Under the pieces are notes generated by a model. That model was not told the DNA's origin, ran no database searches, and saw nothing but the letters and a program-made list of their open reading frames with translations. A stretch of 64,000 nucleotides of DNA from assembly GCA_964014485.1 (NCBI GenBank), contig CAXHAT010000010.1, forward strand, positions 1 through 64,000. The letters are read 5' to 3'. Each line of letters starts with the position of its first letter. Position 1 is the stretch's first letter. The position numbers and the translations under genes are program-made. This DNA is from an uncultured Deferribacteres bacterium (lineage in GTDB: Bacteria; Zhuqueibacterota; Zhuqueibacteria; Zhuqueibacterales; Geothermadaptataceae). Below are positions 20,305 to 29,390 of this stretch, piece by piece.

Positions 20305-22406
20305 TGAGAGACGGATTGTTTTGCACCAATTGGTTTGGCAACATGAATTGTAAACGCGTCACATCCATGAGAAAATACGCTTTTTTTGAAGGGTTTTTGA
20401 GCAAAATCCTGCTGATTCCGATAAAACCGCCCAAACGAAAGTCCGGGAAAGCTTCACGGCTCTTGGGTTTCCGCCTGCGCGGAAAAGACAATAATTTGCT
20501 TGCTCAGTCGTCAAAAATCTTTGTGACGATTTGCGCTCTATCGTTCGCGATTCCTTCGACGTCTTTTTCACAGGACGCGGACGGCGGCGTTGAAAGTTTG
20601 TTTTCCTATGGGGTCGGCGCTCGCGCATTGGGTTTGGGCGGCGCTTATACGGCGGTCGCGACAGACGCCAGCACAGTCTATTGGAATCCGGCGGGTCTTG
20701 ATCTTCTGCCGCAACAATCGGCTGTCATGTTCTATTCTCGCTTGCCTTTTGGATCGCAATACAACGCGATTTCCGTTGCCTACCCAACGCTAAATCTTGG
20801 CGCGGTCGGCTTGGCCGTGCTTCGCATCAGCTCCGACTATGAAGTGCGGGGAAATGAAGCGTTTGGCGAGGACGGTGCGGAAGGCAGTTTTGCGCAAACG
20901 GAGTTTATTCTGTCATACGGTAAGAAAGTACTGTTCGATTTTGCATTTGGGGCGAGCGTAAAATTGGATCAAAAGGATTTCGAAGGGCTGATCGGGCGTG
21001 GCGTCGGTCTGGATCTTGGCCTGAATTACAGTTCCAGCGCAGTAAGCGGGCTTCTGCAAAATACGGCGATAGGCCTTACTATACAAAATGCGATTGAGCC
21101 GATTTTGAAGGTCAACAACGAGGGCGTTCCGCTGCCAAGAAATATCAAGGTGGGCCTGGCTAAAAAACTGAGTTTTGGGTTGGAAGAAAACGCGCTTTCG
21201 TTTATGGCCGACGTTTCGATGGGCGAAGGCAAGACGCCGAAGTACCACGCCGGGATGGAATTTTTGTTTAAAGGCGGGGCGATGGCGCGCATCGGATTGA
21301 ATGATAAAGCGCCCGCATTTGGCGCCGGCGCGAAGTTCAATGTTTTCCAAATCGACTATTCTTACGGTTGGTTCGCGGAACAGACTCCTGACTTTGGCGC
21401 GAGTCAGCGGCTTTCTGTTACCATTGAGTTTGGAAAAACGCGGCAAGACATTGTTGCGGAGCAGAACCGCAAACGCGCCCAGGAAGTGAATGATCGCGTC
21501 GCGCGCGAAATTCAGGCTAAGCGCAGACTTGACGTTCAAAACTTGATTGACGCCGGAAACGCCTTGCTTCGACAAGGTAAGTTTTATCCGGCCTTTTTGC
21601 GTTTCAGCGAGGCAAAGCTGATCGAGCCGAATAACCAGGCGGCGACGGTCGGCGCCAACCGGGCGCAGCAGAAAATTGATGAAATTCAATCACGAGAAGA
21701 AGAGCAGCGCAAGCAGACGGCCCTTGCTGAACAAGAGCGAATTCGAAAAGAGCAGTTCGTACAGCGCCAGCTCCAGAGAGGGATCGATCAAGCTGAAGCC
21801 GGACGACTTGAACGAGCCATCGCCGAATGGGAATTGGCTTTAGAAGAAGATCCCGAAAATCAAGTGCTCAAGGACTGGATAAACAAGACGGGCGCCGAGA
21901 TTGGCAACCGCACGGCGACGCGCATTCGAAACGCTGAACGATTCGCGGCGAACGGGAATTACTTGAAAGCAATCGAAACGCTGACGCCGCTGCAAAATTC
22001 GAACAGTCTTGATGAAGATACGCGTCGACGCGTCAACAACAGCATCACAATTTGGAACAATCGTCTGAGCGGCGATTCAGCTTGGCGCCAGGGCTTAAAC
22101 GAGTATTACAACGGCAACTACGTTGTTGCTCTGCGATACTTTGAGCAGGCGCGAAAAAGCGAGCCGGGCAACAGACAATACCAGGAATTCAGGGATCGCG
22201 CCGAAGAGCGAGCAAATGCACGGGATGAAGATTTCGCTTCGCAAGACATTCGGAAAAAATACCAACGCGCCCTTGGATTGGTGTCACTGCAAAACTATCA
22301 GGAAGCGCTCAACATTTTGAATGAGATTCGAAAACAGCAAAAATACAACAAACGTATACTCGATTTGATCGACAAAGCAGAACAAGGCCTGCGGAGCAAG
22401 AATTGA
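20304..22406 (+). CDS. PorV/PorQ-like outer-membrane beta-barrel fused to C-terminal coiled-coil/TPR region
   Basis: GVGARALGLGGAYTAVATDASTVYWNPAGL is the PorV/FadL-type N-terminal signature; amphipathic strands run to QRLSVTIEF, then TPRs. True start may be TTG 20496, which gives a clean signal peptide. Confidence 0.82.
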   Translation: MRDGLFCTNWFGNMNCKRVTSMRKYAFFEGFLSKILLIPIKPPKRKSGKASRLLGFRLRGKDNNLLAQSSKIFVTICALSFAIPSTSFSQDADGGVESLFSYGVGARALGLGGAYTAVATDASTVYWNPAGLDLLPQQSAVMFYSRLPFGSQYNAISVAYPTLNLGAVGLAVLRISSDYEVRGNEAFGEDGAEGSFAQTEFILSYGKKVLFDFAFGASVKLDQKDFEGLIGRGVGLDLGLNYSSSAVSGLLQNTAIGLTIQNAIEPILKVNNEGVPLPRNIKVGLAKKLSFGLEENALSFMADVSMGEGKTPKYHAGMEFLFKGGAMARIGLNDKAPAFGAGAKFNVFQIDYSYGWFAEQTPDFGASQRLSVTIEFGKTRQDIVAEQNRKRAQEVNDRVAREIQAKRRLDVQNLIDAGNALLRQGKFYPAFLRFSEAKLIEPNNQAATVGANRAQQKIDEIQSREEEQRKQTALAEQERIRKEQFVQRQLQRGIDQAEAGRLERAIAEWELALEEDPENQVLKDWINKTGAEIGNRTATRIRNAERFAANGNYLKAIETLTPLQNSNSLDEDTRRRVNNSITIWNNRLSGDSAWRQGLNEYYNGNYVVALRYFEQARKSEPGNRQYQEFRDRAEERANARDEDFASQDIRKKYQRALGLVSLQNYQEALNILNEIRKQQKYNKRILDLIDKAEQGLRSKN
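20464..20490. repeat. REP/dRS3-like short palindrome
   Basis: TGGGTTTCCGCCTGCGCGGAAAAGAC matches the widespread TGGATTCCCGCCTGCGCGGGAATGAC repeat at 22/26 positions (consensus from memory), including a compensatory C-G to T-A pair. Confidence 0.6.
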
Positions 22407-22541
22407 TCTGGAAACAGTAAGCAGTAAGCAGTGAACTGTGTAGGCTGAAGCTGATTTTCAGGTTACAGCTCACTGTCCACAGAAAAAGCGCCCTTCTGGA
22501 GTAAATCAAGGAAGACGACCAGTAAGCGATAGAGTGCATCC

Positions 22542-25500
22542 GTGTTCAAAAGCACAATCAAAGAACAACTCAAAGTTCCCGCGCACGTTGACTATTTGAG
22601 CGAATTGCGCGCCTTCGTAACCCGCGTTGGACGCAAGCACGGCATTAGCGACAAAGCCGTCAACGCTTTTAAGCTCGCCATCGACGAAGCGGGGACGAAC
22701 ATCATTCGTCACGCCTACCGAGACATTGCGGAATCCGGTTTCATTCTATTGCGGGTAATCATTCGCAAAGCAAGTGTAACGGTCAGCCTCATTGACCAGG
22801 GGAAATACTTCGATTTACGTAATGTCAAAGATCCGGATCTCAAAAGATACGTTGAAATTGGCAAGAGGGGCGGCCTCGGCATTTTTATCATCCGTAAACT
22901 CATGGATGAGATTGATTATCGAAAAACCGAGGAAGGCAACGAGCTGCGCCTGACGAAGTATCGACAAGGCTCAAAATCGAAAAACGGCGCCGCAAAAACC
23001 AGCGAAGTCGAATCCCCCGTCGGCATTCCGCTCACGCTCAAAGTAAAATATTTTATTCGCACGGGAGCGGTTGTCACAGTTGCGATCGCAATTTGGTACC
23101 TTTATTTGTTTATGCGCTCCGGTGCGAACATTCAGGAAACGCGACTGAGCGATTTGCACGGTTTCGGCATGCGCCTCGGAAATTCGCTGAGCCAAAATCC
23201 GTCGATCCCGGACGATCCGCTTTTCACCCTGAATTACATCGAAGCAACCTTCAAAGAACAAGAGAATTGGTTGCGGGAAATCGTGCTTTATGACAAGCAC
23301 GGGACAATCATCGCGCACAGCGATAAACAGCGCTTGCTGGACGGCGCGGAAGAGTATGAACCTCGGCCTGAAAATCGCAAGCGGGTTTATGAAAACATCT
23401 TCAAAAATTCTGTAAAAGTCGATGAAGCCGCCGGCAATAAAGACATTTATAATTTCGTCACTGAGTTGACGGATACTTTGACGCAAGCAAGCATCGGCGA
23501 AGTTCATGTAAGAATTTTCAAAGAGAATATCGATAACGAGATTTTCTCGCAACGCTTTGAAGACGCCAAGCTGGCCTTGTTTATTTTGTTGAGCGGGTAT
23601 GTCGGCGCGCTGATTTTGATCTATTTTCTACTTAACCCGTTTCGGAGATTGTCCGATTGGGTGCAGCGAATGGATCATGGCGACGAAGTCGAGGACGAGA
23701 TGGACATCGATTCTTCGACTGAAATTGGGGAAATTGCCAGGGCTTTTAGCGACATCACAACGAAATTCCGCGAGTCCCAGAAAAACCTCGCAAAGCAAGA
23801 GCAGCTTCAAAAGGAGATGCAAGTTGCTCAGGAAATTCAACAGACGCTGCTGCCGACGGAATTTCCAAATCTTGAAGGCTACGAGCTTGCATCAATGTAC
23901 CAGGCCGCGAAAGAAGTGGGCGGCGACTACTACGATTTCGTCGAGGTGGACAAGGACACGCTCGGAATCGTGGTTGCGGACGTCTCCGGCAAAGGCGTAC
24001 CGGGATCATTGGTCATGACGATGATACGGACGGCCCTGCGAACGGAAGCGCGCGGCGTTTACGATGCGGCTGAAGTCCTTGCCCGCGTCAATAATTTTGT
24101 CGTCAGCGACATGAAAAAGGGCATGTTCGTGACGATTTTTTACGTGATTATCGATTCGAAACGTCGCAGGCTGAATTATGCCAGCGCCGGGCACAACCCG
24201 ATGATTCTCTACCGGCCTTCGGTCAAAAAGACTTACTACCTCAACCCCAAAGGCTTTCCTATTGGCATCCAATTGGCCGAGAAAGATCTTTTTCGCAAAT
24301 CCATTGAATCTGACACGATCCAGCTCGCCGAAGACGATATTTTGATTCTTTACACGGACGGCATCACTGAAGCCATGAACAACGAGCGCGCTCTTTTCGG
24401 GGACGAGCGGTTGTTGAAAGTGATTCGAAACTATGGGCATCTGCGCGTGGAGCCGTTTGTAGAGAAGCTAAACTCCGAGATTGAATCTTTTACAGAAGGG
24501 GGAATTCAATACGATGACATTACCCTGGTTTCAATCAAGGAAAAGACTTCGCCGGAAAAAGAAGAACTTCGCAGGGCAAAATTAGCGCATAAGGCGATAT
24601 TAGGCGGTATGAGTATTAAAGACGCCTGCGAAGACGCCGGGATAACAACGTACGCGTATTACAACAAGTACAAAAAACAATTCGATGAGTTTGGCGCTGA
24701 CAATTATGAAATTGATGAAGAAAACTCAGTCGAAGCGAAGCACATTAGTATCGAAGACAAGACTAAGGTTTTCGATATCATCAAGAACGCGCCGGAGTTA
24801 GGCGCCAGGCGGATTAGTGAAGAATTAAATACCGAAAAGTACGGCTTCGTCGAAATTCCGGAGAGCAAGATTTACGAAGAATTGGTTCGAAGTCGTTTAA
24901 ATACAAAGCAATTAAGAGAAGCTTACATCGCGCGCGGCGGCCCCAAAAAGCGCCGTATGAAGCCGCCGGGAACGCCGATGCTGACGCTCGACGGGCGCGT
25001 AATTATCGACCGAAAAGAGCACGAACTCAAGCCGATTCAATCTCAAGGCACTGGCGAAAAAGTAGCGACCGAGCCTGGCAAGCCGCCGATTGAAATCAAA
25101 CGGCGGGAGTCGAAAGCAAAGAGCAAGACGAACGTCGACATGACGGTGCTCTCAACGCCAATTGAAGATTTGCTCGAAAAGACGAGGTCGATCAAGGCGC
25201 AAAAAACGGCTGCTTCCGGAATTCAAGATGATCAGGCAAAGGAAGGCAAGCCGCCAGAGTCTGCTGAAGAAACGGACGAACGGGTCAGAGCGCCGCAGGC
25301 GACGGATGACGTTTCGTTCGAAGATTTGTTTGCCGACGGCGGTTTCGAGCTCGACTCAGCCAGTGAAACAGAAAAAGCAAATGACTCCTTGACAAACGAC
25401 GCCGACGCTATCGCCGACAAATCTCAAGCGAAAGGCGACGGCGGCAGGTCTAAGAATCAAAAAACCGAATCTTCGACCTTTAACGGATTTGATGATCTGC

Positions 25501-26204
25501 TTCGGGAAGAGATTTTGAGTAATTTTGAAGATGCGGCTTCGAATCTAATTTTTGAGGAAGCATTTGACGAAGACGACAGTTTTGAAGGACCTGGGTCTGA
25601 ATTGGAGAGCGGCTCGACGGGTTTGCTCGCAAAAGAGCATGTTTCGAAATCTGATCAAAGGAAACCTCGGCAATTCGCCGAGTTTTCAGAAGAGAGTCTT
25701 GAAGTGACCGTTCGCAGCGACCAGGTCAGCGACACGAAGAACGAGCCGGTCAAAGTTGTCGGCAACGAAACCGTCGAAGCTTCAGCGCCGATAACGAACC
25801 TTGCAGCGGAACGTGTTGAAAAAGACAAGTTGTTGCTCGCCGGATTGAGTTATTATAAACGGCAAGAATTTGATAAGACGATAAATGAACTTCGAGAAGC
25901 TGTGGCGAATTATCCGGATTTTAAAGAAGCGCACAGCGTACTCGGTAACGCATATTTTAGAAAAAACCAGTTTGCGCAAGCAACTGAAGCTTATCATCGT
26001 GTTTTGGAGCTTGACCCAACGGATACGACGGCGCGAGAAAACATTGGCGTCATCTGCGCCAATCAAGGGAAATTGCAGGAAGCAATTGAACAATGGCGCT
26101 TGATTATTCAAGGGGATCCGACGCGAAAAGATATCGAGAAAAAAATAGAAAAAGCAGAAAAAATATTGCAACGAAAACCTGTTTTGGCAGATAGTTTCCG
26201 TTGA
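22542..26204 (+). CDS. Multidomain partner-switching protein: RsbW-like HATPase, TM-sensor-TM, HAMP, SpoIIE/PP2C phosphatase, IS481-like HTH pair, acidic linker, TPRs
   Basis: LAIDEAGTNIIRHAY, DQG and GGLGIFIIRKLMDE (anti-sigma kinase); two TM helices; EIGEIARAF (HAMP); VGGDYYD, ADVSGKG, SAGHNP, YTDGITEA and DDIT (PP2C); C-terminal TPRs. Confidence 0.9.
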   Translation: MFKSTIKEQLKVPAHVDYLSELRAFVTRVGRKHGISDKAVNAFKLAIDEAGTNIIRHAYRDIAESGFILLRVIIRKASVTVSLIDQGKYFDLRNVKDPDLKRYVEIGKRGGLGIFIIRKLMDEIDYRKTEEGNELRLTKYRQGSKSKNGAAKTSEVESPVGIPLTLKVKYFIRTGAVVTVAIAIWYLYLFMRSGANIQETRLSDLHGFGMRLGNSLSQNPSIPDDPLFTLNYIEATFKEQENWLREIVLYDKHGTIIAHSDKQRLLDGAEEYEPRPENRKRVYENIFKNSVKVDEAAGNKDIYNFVTELTDTLTQASIGEVHVRIFKENIDNEIFSQRFEDAKLALFILLSGYVGALILIYFLLNPFRRLSDWVQRMDHGDEVEDEMDIDSSTEIGEIARAFSDITTKFRESQKNLAKQEQLQKEMQVAQEIQQTLLPTEFPNLEGYELASMYQAAKEVGGDYYDFVEVDKDTLGIVVADVSGKGVPGSLVMTMIRTALRTEARGVYDAAEVLARVNNFVVSDMKKGMFVTIFYVIIDSKRRRLNYASAGHNPMILYRPSVKKTYYLNPKGFPIGIQLAEKDLFRKSIESDTIQLAEDDILILYTDGITEAMNNERALFGDERLLKVIRNYGHLRVEPFVEKLNSEIESFTEGGIQYDDITLVSIKEKTSPEKEELRRAKLAHKAILGGMSIKDACEDAGITTYAYYNKYKKQFDEFGADNYEIDEENSVEAKHISIEDKTKVFDIIKNAPELGARRISEELNTEKYGFVEIPESKIYEELVRSRLNTKQLREAYIARGGPKKRRMKPPGTPMLTLDGRVIIDRKEHELKPIQSQGTGEKVATEPGKPPIEIKRRESKAKSKTNVDMTVLSTPIEDLLEKTRSIKAQKTAASGIQDDQAKEGKPPESAEETDERVRAPQATDDVSFEDLFADGGFELDSASETEKANDSLTNDADAIADKSQAKGDGGRSKNQKTESSTFNGFDDLLREEILSNFEDAASNLIFEEAFDEDDSFEGPGSELESGSTGLLAKEHVSKSDQRKPRQFAEFSEESLEVTVRSDQVSDTKNEPVKVVGNETVEASAPITNLAAERVEKDKLLLAGLSYYKRQEFDKTINELREAVANYPDFKEAHSVLGNAYFRKNQFAQATEAYHRVLELDPTDTTARENIGVICANQGKLQEAIEQWRLIIQGDPTRKDIEKKIEKAEKILQRKPVLADSFR

Positions 26205-26229
26205 CAATAAGCAAGGGCGATTGTATATT
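26201..26229 (+). promoter_or_regulatory. Near-consensus sigma70 promoter for the STAS gene, overlapping the upstream stop codon
   Basis: TTGACA 26201-26206, 17-bp spacer, TATATT 26224-26229; AGGAG RBS before ATG 26270. Confidence 0.65.
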
Positions 26230-26269
26230 TCGCGCTTCCTTGCAATAAACATCATTGTAGGAGTCAGCC

Positions 26270-26962
26270 ATGGAAGGTATTCAGGTGTCTGTGGAACGTA
26301 CAGGAGTTAATAAGAACATCGCTGTGATCAAGGTTGGCGGGTATATCGATACAACGACTTCCGCTGAGCTTGAGCATTCTCTTGACACGCTCCTAAAACA
26401 AGGCATTTATAAAATAATCATCGATCTGGGCAACGTTGACTATATCAGCAGCGCCGGATGGGGCATCTTCATCAGCGAGATAAAGGGCATTAGAGAACGA
26501 GGCGGGGACTTAAAGCTCGTTCGCATGATTCCGGACGTTTATGAAGTTTTTGAATTGCTGGAATTCCACTATATTTTGAAAGCTTTCGACGCTCTTGAAG
26601 ATGCAGTCAGCGATTTTGAGAAAGGCGGCGCAAATTTCGCCGAAAAACCTGCTGCGGTTTCCGCTGCGCCAAAGGCTTCAAATGTTCCTGGCGGCGGAGC
26701 TGATTCGATGGTTGCGCAACAGACTGCAACGGCGACAGCAAATCGTTCGCAAAAAGCCCCGAATTCAATTGAAGACAGGGTGCGCGCCGCGGTTATTTCA
26801 GACCCGGAAGCCGGTACGTTCAAGCTGAAGAAAATATTGAAGTCAAATGCTCACGGCAATACGAGCATCGGCTTTTTTGAGCTTCGCGGCATGTTGAAAA
26901 AGCTTCGGCTCGATTCGAAACAAAAGAGAATCCAATTTTTTCGGCAACGCGCTACACGATAG
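26270..26962 (+). CDS. STAS-domain anti-sigma-factor antagonist (RsbV/SpoIIAA-like) with extra C-terminal HTH-like domain
   Basis: G.ID..TS, IIIDLGNVDYISSAGWG (phosphoacceptor Ser region) and GGDLKL; Ala-rich linker; basic ~65-aa C-terminal domain. Confidence 0.9.
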   Translation: MEGIQVSVERTGVNKNIAVIKVGGYIDTTTSAELEHSLDTLLKQGIYKIIIDLGNVDYISSAGWGIFISEIKGIRERGGDLKLVRMIPDVYEVFELLEFHYILKAFDALEDAVSDFEKGGANFAEKPAAVSAAPKASNVPGGGADSMVAQQTATATANRSQKAPNSIEDRVRAAVISDPEAGTFKLKKILKSNAHGNTSIGFFELRGMLKKLRLDSKQKRIQFFRQRATR

Positions 26963-27087
26963 CCGTTTCTGTATGTTGACCTGCCAAAATTTACTCGACG
27001 CCTACTCGCACACACACCTTTGATCTTGGCAAGTTCCGCCACATTGCGATAATTACAATTCCTGAAAACGATTACTGGAGGCATGGG

Positions 27088-28329
27088 ATGGAGTTCGATA
27101 AAATCCGCCAACCTGAGTTCGGGGAGCGGATTACTATTTCCGACAACAAATTGCAAATTCCCGATCAACCGATTATTCCGTTTATCGAAGGCGACGGCAT
27201 TGGCGTAGACATTTGGCCTGCGTCCCGGCGCGTTTTTGACGCTGCGGTGGAAAAAGCTTACGACGGTCAAAAAAAGATATCCTGGATGGAAATATTCGCC
27301 GGTGAGAAAGCCCAGGAAGTTTACGGCGAATGGTTGCCGGAAGACACTTTTAACGCGATCCGCCATTACATCATCGCCATCAAAGGGCCGTTGACAACGC
27401 CGGTAGGCGGCGGCTTTCGCAGCTTGAACGTAACGTTGCGCCAAGTGCTCGATTTGTACGCGTGCGTGCGTCCGGTGAAATATTATTCCGGCGTCCCGGC
27501 CCCCGTCACTCGCCCTGATCGCATGGATGTCGTAATTTTCCGGGAGAACACGGAAGACGTTTACTCGGGCGTTGAATTTAGGCAAGGTGAAGCTGAAACG
27601 GCAAAATTAATTGAGTTTATCAACTCAAGCTTTAATAAAAATGTACGCACAGATTCCGGTATCGGCATCAAGCCGATCAGCGTTTTTGGCACAAAACGTT
27701 TGGTGCGCAAAGCGATTGAGTTTGCCATTGACCAGAAACGCAAAAGCGTAACTTTGGTGCATAAAGGCAACATCATGAAATTTACCGAAGGCGCTTTTAA
27801 AGAATGGGGCTATGAGCTGGCAAAAGAAGAATTCGGCGACCATACGATCACGGAAGATGAATTGTGGGACGATTTCGGCGGCAAACAGCCGGAAGGAAAA
27901 ATCGTCATCAAAGATCGCATCGCCGACAATATGTTCCAGCAAATTCTCACGCGAACCGACGAGTATGACGTTATCGCGACTTCAAACTTAAACGGCGATT
28001 ACCTTTCCGACGCATGTGCGGCGCAAGTCGGCGGGCTTGGTATGGCGCCAGGCGCAAACATCAGCGACCATGTCGGCTTGTTTGAAGCAACGCACGGCAC
28101 CGCGCCCAAGTATGCCGGACAGGACAAAGTCAATCCAGGTTCGGTCATTCTTTCAGGTCTGATGATGCTGCAGTACATGGGCTGGCAAGAAGCCGCTGGT
28201 TTAATTGAATCGGCGCTCGGAAAAACCATTCTGCAGAAGCGAGTGACTTACGACCTTGAGCGTCAGATGGACGGCGCGACGCTGCTCAAATGCTCCGAAT
28301 TCGCGGAAGCGATTGTTGAAAATATGTAA
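27088..28329 (+). CDS. icd: NADP-dependent isocitrate dehydrogenase
   Basis: [40 protein letters not shown] and [10 protein letters not shown] motifs. Confidence 0.97.
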   Translation: MEFDKIRQPEFGERITISDNKLQIPDQPIIPFIEGDGIGVDIWPASRRVFDAAVEKAYDGQKKISWMEIFAGEKAQEVYGEWLPEDTFNAIRHYIIAIKGPLTTPVGGGFRSLNVTLRQVLDLYACVRPVKYYSGVPAPVTRPDRMDVVIFRENTEDVYSGVEFRQGEAETAKLIEFINSSFNKNVRTDSGIGIKPISVFGTKRLVRKAIEFAIDQKRKSVTLVHKGNIMKFTEGAFKEWGYELAKEEFGDHTITEDELWDDFGGKQPEGKIVIKDRIADNMFQQILTRTDEYDVIATSNLNGDYLSDACAAQVGGLGMAPGANISDHVGLFEATHGTAPKYAGQDKVNPGSVILSGLMMLQYMGWQEAAGLIESALGKTILQKRVTYDLERQMDGATLLKCSEFAEAIVENM

Positions 28330-28347
28330 ATTGATCATTTCTCAGTG

Positions 28348-28378
28348 AAAAAGCAGGGCGATTCGTCCTGCTTTTTTT
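28348..28378 (+). terminator. Rho-independent terminator after icd
   Basis: AAAAAGCAGGGCG-ATT-CGTCCTGCTTTTTTT hairpin with U-tract. Confidence 0.75.
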
Positions 28379-28384
28379 ATGCTC

Positions 28385-29371
28385 ATGTTTGTTGATTACG
28401 CCAAAATTTTTGTGGAATCCGGTCGCGGCGGCAGCGGTTGCGTCAGCTTTCGACGTGAAAAGTTTGTGCCCAAAGGCGGTCCGGACGGCGGCGACGGCGG
28501 TCGTGGCGGCAGCGTAATCGCGGTCGGCAACGCCCACATGCACAGCCTGCTGGATTTCCAGAGCCGTAAACACTTTCGCGCAAAGCGAGGCGAACACGGC
28601 AAAGGCGCCAACAAACACGGCAAGGGCGCGCAGGACGTCATCATCAAAGTTCCAGTCGGGACGATGATCTACGACAACATTTCCGGCGAACTGCTTGGCG
28701 ATATCAAAGAAGCGGATCAGCGCCTTGTCCTGGCAAAAGGGGGCAAAGGCGGGCCTGGAAACGCACGGTACGTTACCCCGACGAACCAGGCGCCGCGTGA
28801 GTGGAAACCAGGGGTTCCCGGCGAAGAAAAAGAAGTTCGACTTGAGCTAAAGTTGATTGCTGACGTCGGTTTGGTCGGATTGCCGAACGCCGGAAAATCG
28901 ACGCTACTTTCAAGAATTTCAAATGCTCGCCCTAAAATCGCCGACTATCCTTTTACAACGCTAAAACCGAATCTTGGCGTTGTAAAATACCGCGACAAAT
29001 TTTCTTTTGTGATTGCTGATATTCCCGGTCTAATCGAAGGCGCGCACACAGGAAAAGGTCTCGGCCACGAGTTTTTGCGACACATTGAGCGCACAAAAGT
29101 TCTGCTTTTTATGATCGATATTACCGCTGACGATCCTTTCGAAGACTTGCGAACCTTGCAAGAAGAACTGGAACAATATGATCAAGAACAGTTGAATAAG
29201 CCAAAAATCTTGGCGATCAATAAATGCGACGTGTTTTCAAAAGAAGATTTAAATCTTGAAGCGCCGCGTGAATTTGACGCAGTTTTTTATATTTCCGCAG
29301 TGACCGGCGAAGGGCTGGTTGCATTGAAAGACGCAATTTGGCAAAAACTGTCGAAAGAAAATCCAAGCTAA
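28385..29371 (+). CDS. obgE: GTPase ObgE/CgtA
   Basis: MFVD..., FRREKFVPKGGPDGGDGG, GLPNAGKS, YPFTT, DIPG and NKCD motifs. Confidence 0.97.
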   Translation: MFVDYAKIFVESGRGGSGCVSFRREKFVPKGGPDGGDGGRGGSVIAVGNAHMHSLLDFQSRKHFRAKRGEHGKGANKHGKGAQDVIIKVPVGTMIYDNISGELLGDIKEADQRLVLAKGGKGGPGNARYVTPTNQAPREWKPGVPGEEKEVRLELKLIADVGLVGLPNAGKSTLLSRISNARPKIADYPFTTLKPNLGVVKYRDKFSFVIADIPGLIEGAHTGKGLGHEFLRHIERTKVLLFMIDITADDPFEDLRTLQEELEQYDQEQLNKPKILAINKCDVFSKEDLNLEAPREFDAVFYISAVTGEGLVALKDAIWQKLSKENPS

Positions 29372-29390
29372 AAAATGGCGGGACGGGGAA

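Noticed and set aside
20913..21689. 258-aa antisense ORF, and similar shadow ORFs within the giant protein, icd, dprA and susC
   Set aside because: They lie fully opposite well-supported genes and have no recognisable domains.
22415..22475. Heptamer repeats CAGTAAG-CAGTAAG-CAGTGAA with a weak hairpin
   Set aside because: Too short and degenerate to assign a function; probably a minor intergenic repeat.
24555..24935. IS481/IS3 insertion sequence in the SpoIIE gene
   Set aside because: Only the HTH-like part is present, in frame, with no DDE domain, terminal repeats or frameshift. It is treated as a protein domain instead.
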